Below, piece by piece: positions 23,891 to 37,035 of a DNA stretch of 64,000 nt. Both the position numbers and the translations under genes were made by a program. Within the stretch, counting starts at the first letter, position 1, and each line of letters opens with the position of its first letter. The stretch lies in assembly GCF_963921235.1 (NCBI RefSeq), contig NC_086098.1:6324001-6388000 (forward strand). Reading direction: 5' to 3'. This DNA comes from Mobula hypostoma. Lineage: Eukaryota. The notes beneath the pieces are model-generated. The model was not told the origin of the DNA, ran no database searches, and worked only from the letters and a program-made list of their open reading frames with translations.

Positions 23891-25055
23891 CTGTTGTGCA
23901 GTTTAGAAGGAACCACAACACGAGATCCACACATCAGCATTCTTTGACGTAGCGATGGCTGGCAGAGAGCACATATTGACTTTGCTGGGTCATTCATAGA
24001 TTCCATGTTTCTGATCACTGTGGATGCTCATTCAAAGTGGCCAGAGGTTATGCCAATGAAGTCAACCACCTCAGCAAAGACTGTCTCTGCTATGGGGACG
24101 ACCTTCACTAGAAACGGCTTACCAGAACTAATTGTGAGTGACAACGGACCACAATATATGTCAGAAGAGTTCTGACTGTTCATGAGCAAAATGGCATCAG
24201 ACATTTCCAGTCAGCTCCTCGCCACCCAGCAACGAATAGGTTAGCTGAAAGGTTTATCCAGACCTTCAAGAAGTCCATTAAAGCAATGGACAAGAAGAAC
24301 ACTTCCCTACATCACAAGGTGGGCAGCTTCCTTTTTGTGTATCGAAACTCTGTTCACGCAATGACAAATCAAGCAACTGCAATGCTGTTTACAAAGAGGA
24401 ATCTGAGATCTCGCATAGACCCCCGAAACCAGATCTATGGAGGGAAGTGCAGAATAAGCAGCTCAGCCAGTTGCCAAGTGAACAGCAAGGAGCTTCGAGA
24501 TTGGACAGAGCATCCCAACGAATGATTACTGAGAAGACAAGTGGACACCTGGTAGGATAGCTACAGGAACCAGACCACTGATGTACACAGTGGATTTTGG
24601 AGATCAGACGTGGAGACATCATGTGGACCAGATACTGGATGCTCAGCAGAAGACCACACCTGAGTCGAGTGCATCCAACAAGACGGACATATTACATTCT
24701 CCGGACTTAATTCTCAGGGATGATCATGTCACTGATAGCAACAAGACACAGGAAACCGAGGACGTTGCCTTGGACAAGACATCTATCAATCTCAATGTCG
24801 TTCCACAGGTCCAGACGTGCGACAAGAATGCTGTCATTGACAAGACACCTACCAAACCTGTTCCTACTCCACAAGTCCAAAGGTGCTATCCTGAAAGAAA
24901 CAGAGGCCACCCAAAAGACGGAATCTTTACAACTGTGAAGCTGTTATGGACTGTTATTGTGAATGCATGTTTATTTGGAATATGGATTTATGAAAGGGAA
25001 ATTGAATGTTTTATACATATAGTTTTATGTTGCATTGATCTGAAGGAGGAGGAAG

Positions 25056-25225
25056 TGTAATGTATGGATCTATTTCTTTTACAGCAAAGACCCCCCCCCC
25101 AGCTCTCTCTCTCTTCTCTCTCTGCAAATTGAATACCCCTGTTAAAACCCGCTCCTGTGAAGGTGCTTTTATTTGATCAATATGTAGTTGTGCACAGACA
25201 CAAAAGCGAGTGTTTTCCTCGCGCA
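25056..25225 (+). mobile_element. Gypsy 3' LTR (right boundary uncertain)
   Basis: TGTAATG immediately after the PPT. Confidence 0.5.
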
Positions 25226-25615
25226 GCACTCCATGCAAGAGATGGGGAGGCTTTCTTGTAGCAGCACTCAATGCAAGTGAGGGGGAGGGCTTTCTTGTGA
25301 AGTTGTGCTCACTACTGGGAATTAGAGTGTCAATTAACAACCACTTGATTCAGTTAATTTGTTTTCTCAGAATGAGATGCCTGTAAATGAAAAGCTATCA
25401 AGGTTTGTAGGACTTTTATAAAGTGACATTTGCAATCCGAGTACCAATTACAAACGTAATTTTTACTGCTGTACTTATTCTCCTATTTTCTCTTTGGCAG
25501 TTCCTTATAGTCAGTGATAAATTGATTCCACTCCTAAGCCATGGGCTTTGAGGTGGCTGAAGATACCATCATAGCATCTGTAGGCTCTGCCATAGTTGCG
25601 ATAGGTGATGCTAAC

Positions 25616-26080
25616 TTTTTTTTTAATACAAAATTTTCTTTATTACAAAGTTGGTGCTATACAGTAATACAAAACAGTTACAAACACAATTACTGCTTTA
25701 CAAATAGACAACACACATTAAACCAAAATATTCCCATCTCTATCAGCGATGGCAATTACACCCTGCGGAGCCCAACGGTCCCAGAAGGTCTCTAAGGTCA
25801 CCGTGGACTGCGTATGTTCATTTTCAATAGTTACCCGGGTACGAACATACCCCTTAAACATTGCTAGGCAGTCTGCCTGGGCAGATCGTCCCGCCAACCG
25901 TTTCCAAGACGCATGGATGGCTGTTTTCGCCAGCCCCAGGAGCAAGTTGACAAGGACATCCTCATCCCTCCATGCCCCCCTCCTTACTGGATGACCGTAT
26001 ATAAATAGGATGGGGCTAAAATGCAACCAGAAGGCTAGAAGCAGCCCATGCAACTACGCAAAACAAGGGGCTGCAGCCTC
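25616..26080 (-). mobile_element. Tx1-like L1 ORF2 C-terminus with poly(A)
   Basis: FIYGHPVRRGA..EDVLVNLLLGLAK.AIH...FWDRWAPQGV; T-run at 25616-25624. Confidence 0.8.
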
Positions 26081-27149
26081 TAGGGTTAATAGCCACAGAC
26101 AGTAAAAAAAAAGCATGTTCAGATATTCGCCAAAATCCTACTTGCAATACATAGAAACCCCAGTCAGGCTCTAAAGCATAGAACTGTCCACAGTTCTTCG
26201 CAGAATGCTGGAGGGCACTCAGGAAATCAATGTGTACACGTTTAACATGGCTGCCGGCCAATGGGAGACCATCCTGTGCTCTGGAATGGCTTTCCGCACA
26301 GGCGGGAGCAGATGAATTCCTTGCCCTTCCTTGCTGCATAGGCTTGTAGACTCGGCCGGCTCACAAGGATTGACAAACAGCCAACGTGCAAAAAGGAAAA
26401 AAAATTACGTATTTACATTTAAATTAGAGCTACAGAGCAGAAAAAGTCCATTGTCACAATGAACTGCACTACACAGCAACCCAACTATTTAACCCTAGCC
26501 TAATTGCAGGACAACTTACGACTAAGTAACGTACTAACCCGAAGATCTTTGGACTGGGAGGAAGCCCATGCAGTCATGAGGAGAACATAAGAACACCTTA
26601 CAGACAGTGTCAGATTTAAATTCCAAACTCCAAAGTCCTGAGCTGTAATAGCATCAAATTAACTTCTACGCAACTGTGGCACTCCATTAATATTCGATAG
26701 CCTTGAATGAGATCCCCCCACATTCTTCTACATTTTAGCCTCTGCTCACTTTTGGCTTTTAATACCTGCAGCCAAGTTTTAATTCTAAATTTATAATCAA
26801 TCCTAGAAGTCTTGTTTTTGACTCCTACGTGCGTATCATAAAACTTGGAAAGAATCTGAAACTGAAACGATATATTTTGAACATGTGCAACTTGTAGAAT
26901 TTTCCAGTTAGTAATCTGTGTTTCAGCGTGGGTTAACGTCTGCTCGCAGCATGAGAATCTCAGGCATTTTTTGTCTTTTCAGCAGGACATCTTACCCAAA
27001 TGAATATTGAATTCTCAAAAATTTAATGAAATGAATTTATCGTAAAAATTTTAATAACTAAGTGTATTCAGTCATTGATTCATTAAGATGAATTGAGGTT
27101 ATTTATGTTCATAGCTTATATAATATGATAGCACAAAAATCAGAAATTA

Positions 27150-28132
27150 TACTCAGTGCCACTATATTAGGTACCCCTGTACACTCGCTCAGTAATGTAA
27201 ATATCTAATCAGCCAATCATGTGGCAGCAATTCAATGCAAAACGGGAAAGAAATGTGATCTAAGTGACTTTGACCGTGGAATAATTGTTGGTGCCAGATG
27301 GGGTGGTTTGAGTATTAAAAAAACTACTGACCTCCTGGGATTTTCACACTCAACAGTCTTCAGAATTTACACAGAATTGATTCCTGGGATGGCAGGTCTT
27401 TCATATGAAGAAAGACTGGATGAACTGGGCTTGTACTCGTTGGAATTTAGAAGATTGAGGGGGGATCTGATTGAAACGTATAAGATCCTAAAGGGATTGG
27501 ACAGGCTAGATGCGGGAAGATTGTTCCCGATGTTGGGGAGGTCCAGAACGAGGGGTCACAGTTTGAGGATAGAGGGGAAGCCTTTTAGGACCGAGATTAG
27601 GAAAAACTTCTTCACACAGAGAGTGGTGAATCTGTGGAATTCTCTGCCACAGCAAACTGTTGAGGCCAGTTCATTAGCTATGTTTAAAAGGAAGTTAGAT
27701 ATGGCCCTTGTGGCTACAGGGGTCAGGGGGTATGGAGGGAAGGCTGGGTTCTGAGTTGGATGATCAGCCATGATCATAATAAATGGCGGTGCAGGCTCGA
27801 AGGGCCGAATGGCCTACTCCTGCACCTATTTTCTATGTTTCTATGTTTAAAAAGAAAATAAAAACATCAATGAGCAGCAACTGTGGGTGAAAATGCCTTG
27901 TTAATGAGAGAGATCAAAGGAGAATGGCAAGTCTGATTCAAGCTGACAGGAAGGTGACAGTAACTCAAGTAACCATGTGTTACAACAGCGATGTGCAGAA
28001 GAGCATCTCTAAATGCACAACACATTGAACCTTGGAGTGGATGGACTGCAGCAGCAGAAGATCATGAACATACACTCAGTGGCCACTTTATTAGTTACAG
28101 GAGTATTCCTAATAGAGTGGCAGTTGGGTGTA
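27150..28132 (+). mobile_element. Tc1-like DNA transposon remnant interrupted by a CR1
   Basis: cactcagtggccactttattag-type terminal motifs; GKKCDLSDFDRGIIVGARWGGLSI HTH-like N-terminus. Confidence 0.75.
27376..27848 (+). mobile_element. Young CR1 3' fragment
   Basis: LIPGMAGLSYEERL...FFTQRVVNLWNSLP, open to the natural stop; (tttctatg)n tail. Confidence 0.92.
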
Positions 28133-28501
28133 TTTATCATGTAAAGTATTAGCTTTTACTTACTTGCCTGTTACTTTTTGTGGAAAAATCAAATTAAAAA
28201 TCTTTCTCTTTGGAATGATTTTGAGGCTTAGGATTTTTTTTTGTATATCTGCGCATCGAAAACCTCGGACTAAATTTCACAGTTAAGCCGTTAGTTCTCC
28301 TTGGGAAATGACAGAAGCCATGATTTTAGTCAGTTGGACCTTCTGGCAATTGTGACGGGAATGAAAGCAGGAAGGGACTAACACCAGTGCACAGTTTCGG
28401 CTCTCTAACTCCAGTTTGTTCCATACAACATTTTTCCATTTAGAGATTTCTATTTTCATATTTAAAATGGGCATATGCAGACAGAATATTCCGAAAGAAC
28501 A

Positions 28502-28790
28502 TGGCACGGTAGTGTCGTGGTTAACACAATGCTTTACAGTGCCAACGATCCGAGTTCAATTCCCGCCATTGCCTGTAAGGTGTTTGTACGTTCTCCCCCT
28601 AGACCGCGTGGGTTTCCTCCAGGAGCTCTGGTTTCCTCCCACAGTCCAAAGATGTACCAATTAGTAGGTTAATTGGTCGTTGTAAGGTGTCCCGTGATTA
28701 GGCGAGGATTAAATCAGGGATTGCTGGCTGGCACTGCTCAAAGGGCCAGAAGGGCTGACAACATGTTGAATCTCAATAAATAAATAAAAA
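28502..28790 (+). mobile_element. HE1/V-type tRNA-derived SINE, near full length
   Basis: tRNA-like head with gagttcaattcc B box; V-domain gcgtgggtttcctcc..ctctggtttcctcccacagtccaaag; CR1-like tail and (aata)n. Confidence 0.85.
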
Positions 28791-29283
28791 CATGAGACAG
28801 CACTGTATGACAAGTTTATATAGACAGTCTGTAATGTTTACATCGGAAATATTGAACTAACAAATACAACATATAATGTTACAATAGGAACTGAATAATG
28901 TCATCCTTAGCAAGCTCTGCATTTTAAAACTGCCTCACCTGGACAGGTTCTGAAACTGGATCTCTGTAGACCTGCATTACAGGTACAATGACTTGGTGGT
29001 CTTGTTTGCAACCTGCTACGCATTATCTGTTTTAACCACAGCATCTGTCTTAGAGTAATGCACTTCAGTGGTCTTCGCTGAATTTGAACACTTCAGCGGT
29101 TAACCCCTATGCAGGGGTTAAAAAGGAGAATTAACAATTGATCCTGTTCTGTTGAATCCTCCACTGTAGAAGAAGATAATCAATGATAGTTGTAATAAGA
29201 ACAGAAAATTCTAGAAACATTCAGTGGGTCAGGTAGCATCAGTGGAAGATTTAAAAATGACAAAGAATTAGCTTTCCTGATGA

Positions 29284-29415
29284 AGTCCTGAAGAAAGGTC
29301 TCGACCCGAAACATTGACTGTTTACTCTTTTCCATAGATACTGCCTGGCCTGCTGAATTCCTCCAGTATTTTGTGTGTGTTTCTTGGATCTCCAGCATAT
29401 GCAGATTTTCTCTTG
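29284..29415 (+). mobile_element. Penelope terminal-repeat remnant with hammerhead motif (29284-29320)
   Basis: agtc-ctgaaga-aaggtctcgaccc-gaaa-ca-tt-gactg followed by the ctgcctggcctgctga...cagcat motif. Confidence 0.7.
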
Positions 29416-30484
29416 CTTGTTAGCTTTATAAGTCACACGTACATCGAAACATACGGTGAAATTCATTGTTTGCATCAACCACCATCACAGTCTGAATACG
29501 TGCTAGGGGTAGCCCACCAGTCTTGACTTCCAACACCAACATAGCATGCCCACAACATACCTGAGGAACCTGTACGTATCTGAGGAAACCAGAGCACCTG
29601 GAGGAAAGCCACACAGTCAAGGGGAAAATGTAGAAACTCCTTCCGGAAGACAGCAGTGGGAATTAAACCCTAATCTTACAGCTGCTGCTGTGTGTGTTGT
29701 GCTCAGTGGTGTGTGCAAGCTCGATTTCAACATTAAAGAGAATTTGGGTATAGGGATTATGGTCCCGGTGCAGCTTGATGGTAGTAGGCAGCTTAAGTGG
29801 TTGTGCATGGACTAGATGGGCTGAAGGGCCTGTTTCTGTGCTGTGCTTTTCTGTGACTCTATGACTCTATAACTGCAATGCGACCATCCTGCCTCACAAG
29901 TTGTCAGCTCTAAATTGTCACTTCTGCTGTCCTAGTATTTTTACAAGAGTCTTCAAAACACTCACAGAAGCATCGAGATGAATACCAACAAAAGAGTTCT
30001 GTACTGGCCCATTATTATTCATAAAAAGAATATCGAAGTCCCACTGCTGCGTGTGGACTCTTCAGTATACTGTAGATCATGTTTTGAACAGAGTGGTTGC
30101 TTGCTATGCCATCACACCTTTGTCACGTAAAATGGTCGAGACAAAAGAACAGGTGGCAAAAACTCCTGGGTAATCTTGAGTCCAAAAACCTTTTCATCAT
30201 TTTTCTTATTTGATTTGCACTGCAATGGTTCACCTGCTGTAAAATAGAACAGAAGCTGAGATTAAATGTTTATGATGTGGTTGGGAATCTCTTGGCATTT
30301 GGTTATCATCCTTCACAGAAATCTCACGGTTGCACTGTAAAAGTTCAGTTGTTAATTTGATAGGTCAACAATGTCTTTCCGGCCCTTGTATTGTTCATTG
30401 AGCCCTGCATGGGCCTTCCTGTACAGCAGAAAGTGGTTCAGGTGGGAAATTCTCTCGGACAGAAGAGTCAGCTGTTGGGAAATA

Positions 30485-30960
30485 ACAATGATCCTGGGAA
30501 CAAAAGGGTTAACGCGTGAAGAGCATTTGATGGTTCCGGGTCTCTGCTTGCTGGAGTTTAGAAGAATGAGGGGCGATATCACTGAAACCTATCAAATATT
30601 GAAAAGCCTACACAGAGTAGATGTGGAGAAGATGTTTTCTCTGGTGGGAGGCATCTAGGACCAGAGGATGTAGCTTCAGAATCCATTTAGAACGGAGATT
30701 AGGAGGAACTTCTTTAGCCAGAGAGGGGTGAATCTGTGGAATTCATTGCCACAGATAGCTGTGGAAGCCAAGTTATTCGGTATATTTAAGGTGGAAGTTG
30801 ATAGGTTCTTGATTAGTAAGGGTTTCAAAGATTACATGGAGAAGGCAGAAGAATGGGGTTGAAAGGGATAATAAATTAGCCATGATGTAATGGCAGAGCA
30901 GACTCAATGGGCTGAATTTCCTAATTCTGCTCCTATGTCTTATGGTTTTATGGTTTTTAT
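30485..30960 (+). mobile_element. CR1 3' fragment
   Basis: LEFRRMRGDITETYQILK; (ttatgg)n tail. Confidence 0.85.
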
Positions 30961-31113
30961 GGGATGGGGTTGCTAGTTCCATGCCTAACTCTCCTCCTTA
31001 TGTCTTGTGATCTTAAGTAAATGTGTACCAAGTGATGTTATAAAATTTATGTGACACAGGAGGTGGCACCCTTGATATATAGGAAGGAAATATTTATTTC
31101 AAAGATTCATTTA

Positions 31114-32170
31114 AGACCATAAGACCACAAGATATAGAAGCAGAAGTAGGCCATTCAACCCATCGAGTCTGCTCCACCGTTCAATCGTTGCTGATCCAAT
31201 TCTTCAAGTCATCCCCACTCCCCTGCCTTCTCCCCATACCCTTAGATGCCCTGGATAATCAAGAACCTATCTATCTCTGCCTTAAATACACCCAATGACT
31301 TGGCCTCCACAGCCGCTTGTGGCAACAAATTCCACAGATTTACCACCCTCTGGCTAAAGTAATTTCTCAGTATCTCTGTTCTAAATGAATGTCCTTCAAC
31401 CCTGAAGTTGTGCCCTCTTGTCCTAGATCAAAATATACAGCTCTGAAATTCTTCTCCTCTGGATGGCCACAATACTAGAACAGAATGGCAGCACGATAAT
31501 CAATCCCCAAATCCCTCCTCCCAGCACAAAAAAAAAGAACAAAAATCGAACTGGTATAGCAACCCCAAAATCCCCCTTCCCCACACACAAAAATGAGGAC
31601 AATCAGGCGAAAAAACACAGAATATAAATAAGACTGAAAAAAGATGTACAGTCCAAGTCCATATCCAAAACGCAGAAAACCTGGGTAACATTCTCCAGAT
31701 ACAATGGCAGGCCTTTCTCTTTCTGGCAGCAGAGCGATCCCCCAGCGATAAGAAGGCCATCACCCCTCTCTGGTAGCAGAGTAATCCCCCAGCGATAAAA
31801 AACCAGGCAGCCAATGCTTACTTTCCGTACGTGACTTGATATTTCAATCTCCCTTATTGCTTTATTCAGCAAACAATAGAAGCTTTAATTGGTGAAATGG
31901 AGTCGAAGACTGGCTCTTGCCCGGTCCCGCAACCTGCTCATCAAGAGGTTTACGTAAGCTGTCTCTGCCCCCTGGAATCCTCTCGGAGGCTGCAGAGTGA
32001 TGAAACATCCAAATGGTTGACAAACTGAAGAATCACGGGCTCAAACAGTTCCAAAATCGCATTCAAGCTGAAAAACAAATGTAAAAGACAAAATAAGTGA
32101 AATATATGGTTTCATGATCTATCCAGAAGATGTCGACTGAAGGAGCATTGTACGCAGGTGCCATTTTGAA
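31114..32170 (-). mobile_element. CR1 3' tail (31114-31427) abutting a non-autonomous LINE-like element (31430-32170)
   Basis: CR1 3' UTR reverse complement; second element begins caaaatggcacc on the minus strand and has an internal ~40-bp duplication at 31722-31800. Confidence 0.55.
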
Positions 32171-32684
32171 CATCGTTATTTAGAGATACTGCACAGCAGC
32201 ATACCCTCCCAGCCCAACAAGACCATGACACCCTGTTATACCCATGTGACCAATTAACCTACTAACCTGACCAGGCACCCTGTTATTAACCTACTAACCT
32301 GCATGGCTTTGGACTGTGGGAGGAAACCAGAGCACCCGGAGGAAACCCACGCGGTCACATGGAGAACATACAAACTCTTTACAGACAGTGGTGGGAATTG
32401 AACCCACGTCACTGGTGCTGTAATGTCATTGTGCTAACTGCTACACTGCCATGCTCTCCGGTCACTTGTCCTGACTGCAAGAATATTGGATTTTTCTTGA
32501 GAAGTGTCACAAAAACACAAAAGGGACAGAGAGAGCAGTAGGTGAGCCAAGCTTTGTTCCTTCTTCACTCATTCCTCCTCTGTCTTACTATTCCAGCTCC
32601 CAGCTAGAAAGGGCATTTCTAAAGACTGCTCTCTAATTGCACTGCATTTCAGTAGATCTTCCTCATTTTGCATGGGTGTTACCC

Positions 32685-33104
32685 ATCATCATTATTATGT
32701 ACCGTGTCGTATGATGTGGGTGATCATGGTCTCTACCTGTCTTTAATTGAGCTGAGTTTATTCTTTTCTTTTTCCATGACTATGATTGCTCTTGGCAAAT
32801 TTTTCTACAGACGTGGTTTGCCATTTCCTTCTTCTGGGCAGTGTCTTTACAAGCCGAGTGACCCCAGCCATTATCAATACTCTTCAGAGGTTGTCTACCT
32901 GGCATCAGTGGGCACATAACCAGGACTTGTGATGTGCACCAGGGGCTCATACAACCATCCACCACCTGCTCCCATGGATTCACGTGACCCTGATCGGGGG
33001 CTAAGCAGGTGCTACACCTTGCGCAAGGGTGACCTGCAGGCTAGCAGAGGAAAGGAGTACCTTACACCTCCTTTGGCAAAGATGTTCAATATCGCCACCC
33101 TGCC
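32685..33104 (-). mobile_element. Non-autonomous RTE-related element, family A (copy 3)
   Basis: Reverse complement of 8549-8935. Confidence 0.75.
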
Positions 33105-33971
33105 ATGCAGTCCATCACTATTCCAATGAATGTGCAAATAAGCTGATCCAGGACATCTAATGTAAATGGTCCTGTTATGTCCTTCCTGATTTGAGTTGTT
33201 ATCTTATTTCTAATTACTAGATCTCACTGCTTACTTGTAAGTTCACAGTTGTTATTGAATACTTATTAATTATCACATCGTTAAACAATTAGTTTTCATT
33301 ATCCAGTCAGTCATTTTATATTGCTTCCATATTTCATTTAGAAATTGAAGGAATTTCAGTCAATATTTGTATCTACCTTTTGTGAGAATGTCGAGAAGTG
33401 CCATCTTTTTATTAGGCTCCTTGCATACAGTAACGCATTGGTGAATTATAGAACTGCCTTCAAACTAGAAATACACCGGGACTGGAGTTTATCTGTCCGC
33501 CTAGCTTAAGAAAAGGGGGAAACTCTCGAGCGAGGACAGAATAGCTCCACTATCAGAACGCCTACTTATTTCTTCCAGTATTTTTTCTCCTTCCGTCTTT
33601 CTTTTTTTCCATTCTGGTCACCCTCTCACCCCTCCTCTTCTCCTCACCTGACCTCTGGTTCCCCTCCTCTTTCCCTGTCTCCCATGGGCCACTCTTCTCT
33701 GAACAACAAAGAACTGATTCCACAGCCTACAGACTCCAGGACCCCTCAACTCATGTTTTTAATGTTATTTATTTATTTGCTTGTTTCTTTCTTGTATTTG
33801 CACAGTTCGTTTTCTTTTCTGCATTGGTTATTTGTCAGTCTTTGTGTGGATTTTTCAGTGACTCTGTTGTAGTTCTTTGTTTCACAGTGAATGCCTACAA
33901 GAAAGTGAATCTGAGGGTAGTATATGGTAATAAATACGTACTTTGATAATAAATTTACTTCAAACTTTGTA

Positions 33972-34347
33972 TCAGGATTCCTTCTTCTTCAGCACTTTAC
34001 CTCCTCCACCTATCACCTCTCAGCATTTCACTTCATTCCCACCCACCCACCCACCTACCCCCTCACCCAGCTTCAACTATCACCTCCCAGCATTTCACTT
34101 CATTCCCACCCACCCACCCACCTACCCCCTCACCCAGCTTCAACTATCACCTACCAGCTTGTACTCCTTCCCCTTCCCCTAGCTACTTATTCTGGCATCA
34201 TCCCCCTTCCTTCCAGTCCTGATGAAGGGTCTTGGCTGAAGCGTCAACTGTTTATTCTTCTCTATAGGTGCTGCCTGACCTGCTGAGTTCCTCCAGCATA
34301 TTGTGTGTGTTGCTCTGAATTTCTGGCATCTGCAGAATCTCTTGTGT
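33972..34347 (+). mobile_element. Penelope terminal repeat with a 67-bp tandem duplication and degenerate hammerhead
   Basis: Unit starts at 34010, 34077 and 34144; cagtcctgatgaaggg...gaagcgtcaactg at 34214-34250. Confidence 0.75.
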
Positions 34348-34775
34348 TCTGTTTTTTTTTAGTTGGTGTAAAACCCATGTAGATCTGTTCCTAGAATCAA
34401 ATTAGGTCAGGTTTTTTTTGCTTCTAATAACTTGATTAAAGTTTTTATTGGAAGGCCTTGGCTTGTCGGGTTTTATTTTCTCTAAGAGCGGTGACTGTGC
34501 CGGCTGTCTGCCTGTGCCCATGATTACCAGGAAACATCTGCAGCATTTAAGCAGGCCAAAGCTACTGAATGTTTACACAAAGACTCAGTTGTAGCTCCCA
34601 GCCAGAAACAAGGCAGGCAGGGGCTGAGACAAATATCAAGTAGTCCGAGTTTGCACAGGAGCCACACACAACCCTGTTTCTTTAGAGTGGGCAGATGTGT
34701 TTCAGAATAGTTAATGCATTAATGCAACAGAGTGGCATGCTGGACTATTTCAAAGGAGGTTTAATCACATTGTTG

Positions 34776-35460
34776 TACACTCCGTGGCCACTTTAGCTAC
34801 CTTCTGTACTGAACAAAGTGGCCACTGAGTGTGTGTTTGTGATCTTCTGCTGCTGTAGCCCATGCACTTTAAAGTCCACTCACAACACGCTGGAGGAACT
34901 CAGCAGGTCGGGCAGCATCCGTGGAAAAGATCGGTCTTTTCCATGGATGCTGCCCGACCTGCTGAGTTCCTCCAGTGTGTTGTAAGTATTGCTTTGACCC
35001 CAGCATCTGCAGATTATTTTGTGTTTACACTTTAAAGTCCAATGTGTTGTGCATTCAGAAATGCTCTTCTGAACACCACTGCTGTAACCTGTTATCTGAG
35101 TTACTTTCACCTTCCTGTCAGCTTGAACCAGTCTGGCCCTTCTCCTCCAACCTCTCTCATTAACAAGGTGTTTTCACCTACAGAACTGCTGCTCACTGGA
35201 TTTTTTTTTTGTTTTTTGCACCATTCTCTGTAAATTCTAGAGACTGTTGAGCACGAGAATCCCAGGAGACCAGCAGTTTCTGAGATACTCTGTGTCTGGT
35301 TTCTCCATCATTCCGCGGTCAAAGTCACTTAGATCACATATTCTACCCCATTCTGATGTTTGGTCTGAACAACAACTGAACCCCGGGATCATGTCTGCAT
35401 GTGCTTTTATGCGCTGAGCAGATGTAAAGGTGTACCCAATAGAGTGGCCTCTGAGTGCAT
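34776..35460 (-). mobile_element. Tc1-like remnant with nested Penelope fold-back (34879-35027)
   Basis: Same family as 27150-28132 (CDLSDFDRG on the minus strand); 14-bp TSD cactttaaagtcca at 34865-34878 and 35028-35041. Confidence 0.75.
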
Positions 35461-36174
35461 TATGGATGGTATTTTCAAAGTGAGTGACACACAAACTTGA
35501 CAAGATTTTACGGTACTTATAGAGATTAAGAGATTAGCTCTACTTATCACATGTACATAGAAACATCAAAACATGCAGTGAATCTCCTAATTTTTGAAGT
35601 GCCATAGTCGAGGTCGGTAAACTCAAAACTATGTCTCACTGTGTCATTGAGTATATTTAAAGCTGAGGTTGATAGGTTCTTGATTAGTCAGGCCATCAAA
35701 GGTTACAGAGAGAAATCAGAAGAATGAGGTTGAAAAGGATAATATATGAGCCATGATAGAATGACAGAGCAGACTCAATGGGCCGAATGGCCTAATTCTG
35801 CTCCTATGTGTTATGGTCTTATGAAATAATTGCTCTAAAGTTAACATAATGCCTATACTACAGCTGCACCCATTGGGTGGAACTTTGCTCACCAAGCAAC
35901 TGTATCAGAATTCTGAATTATTAGGTGAGATTAGACTCAATTAGTTTTATATGTCACATGTACATTGAAATCGAAAAATAGAGTGAAATGCATCATTTTG
36001 CATCAATGACCAATACAGTTCAAAGATGCAGCCAGCAAGTTCTGCCAAGCTTCCAGTCCAACATAGCATGCACCCCATTTATGAACCTTAATATGAGAGG
36101 GATCTGGAGCACCTAGAGAAACTCATATAGTCACAGGGAGAACAAGCCATCTCCTTACAGACATTGGTGGAAAT

Positions 36175-37035
36175 CAAGTCAAGTCAAGTCACTTTTTATT
36201 GTCATTTCAACCATAACTGGTAGTACAGAACATAGTAAAAATGAGACAACATTTTCCAGGACCATGGTGCTACATGAAACAATACAAAAACTACACTGAA
36301 CTATGTAAGAAAAAACACAAAAACTACACTAGACTACAGACCTATCCAGGACTGTATAAAGTGCACAAAACAGTGCAGACACTACAAAAAAAAAATAATA
36401 AACAAGATAGTAGAGGGCAGTAGGTTGATGTCAAGCCAGACTCTGGGTATTGAGGAGTCTGATGGCTTGGGGGAAGAAACTGTTACATGGTCTGGTCGTG
36501 AGAGCCCGAATGCTTCGGTGCCTTTTTCCAGATGGCAGGAGGGAGAAGAGTTTATATGAGGGGTGCATGGGGTCCTCCATAATGATGTTTGCTTTGTGGA
36601 TGCAGCGTGTGGTGTAAATGTCTGTAGTGGCGGGAAGAGAGACCCCGATGATCTTCTCAGCTGACCTCACTATCCGCTGCAGGGTCTTGCGATCCGAGAT
36701 GATGCTATTTCCGAACCAGGAAGTGATGCAGCTGCTCAGGATGCTCTCAATACAACCTCTGTAGAATGTGGTGAGGATGAGGGTTGGGAGGTGGACTTTT
36801 CTCAGCCTTCGCAGAAAGTAGAGACGCTGCTGGGCTTTCTTTGCTATGGAGCTGGTGTTGAGGGACCAGGTGAGATTCTCCGCCAGGTGAACACCAAGAA
36901 ATTTGTTTCTCTTAACGATCTCTGTGGAGGAGTCGTCGATGTTCAGTGGAGAGTGGTCGCTCCGTGTTCTCCTGAAGTCAACAACCATCTCTTTTGTTTT
37001 GTTCACATTCAGAGACAGGTTGTCGGCCCCGATCA
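36175..37035 (-). mobile_element. Rex1/Babar LINE 3' part
   Basis: 201-aa ORF NLSLNVNKTKEMVVDFRR...KKAQQRLYFLRRL...NSFFPQAIRLLN; (aagtc)n tail. Confidence 0.9.

Larger units (their letters stand above)
21659..25055 (+). mobile_element. Degraded Ty3/Gypsy pol (RT, RNase H, integrase) ending in a polypurine tract
   Basis: FSKIDLSQVYLQ, GLFQYNRLVFGIASASAIWQ, SDASPYDIGAILSH, LHEGHLG..KMKS..WWPG, HIDFAG, VSDNGPQY; PPT aaggaggaggaag at 25043-25055; many stops and frameshifts. Confidence 0.9.

Noticed and set aside
24581..25060. 159-aa ORF
   Set aside because: Low-complexity C-terminal tail of the degraded Gypsy integrase running into the PPT.
27221..27754. 177-aa ORF as a chimeric gene
   Set aside because: Chance in-frame junction of a Tc1 transposase remnant and an inserted CR1 3' end.
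28939..29107. Minus-strand exon-like unit with good splice signals
   Set aside because: Stops in all frames from the acceptor and no recognisable peptide; cannot be supported without RNA data.
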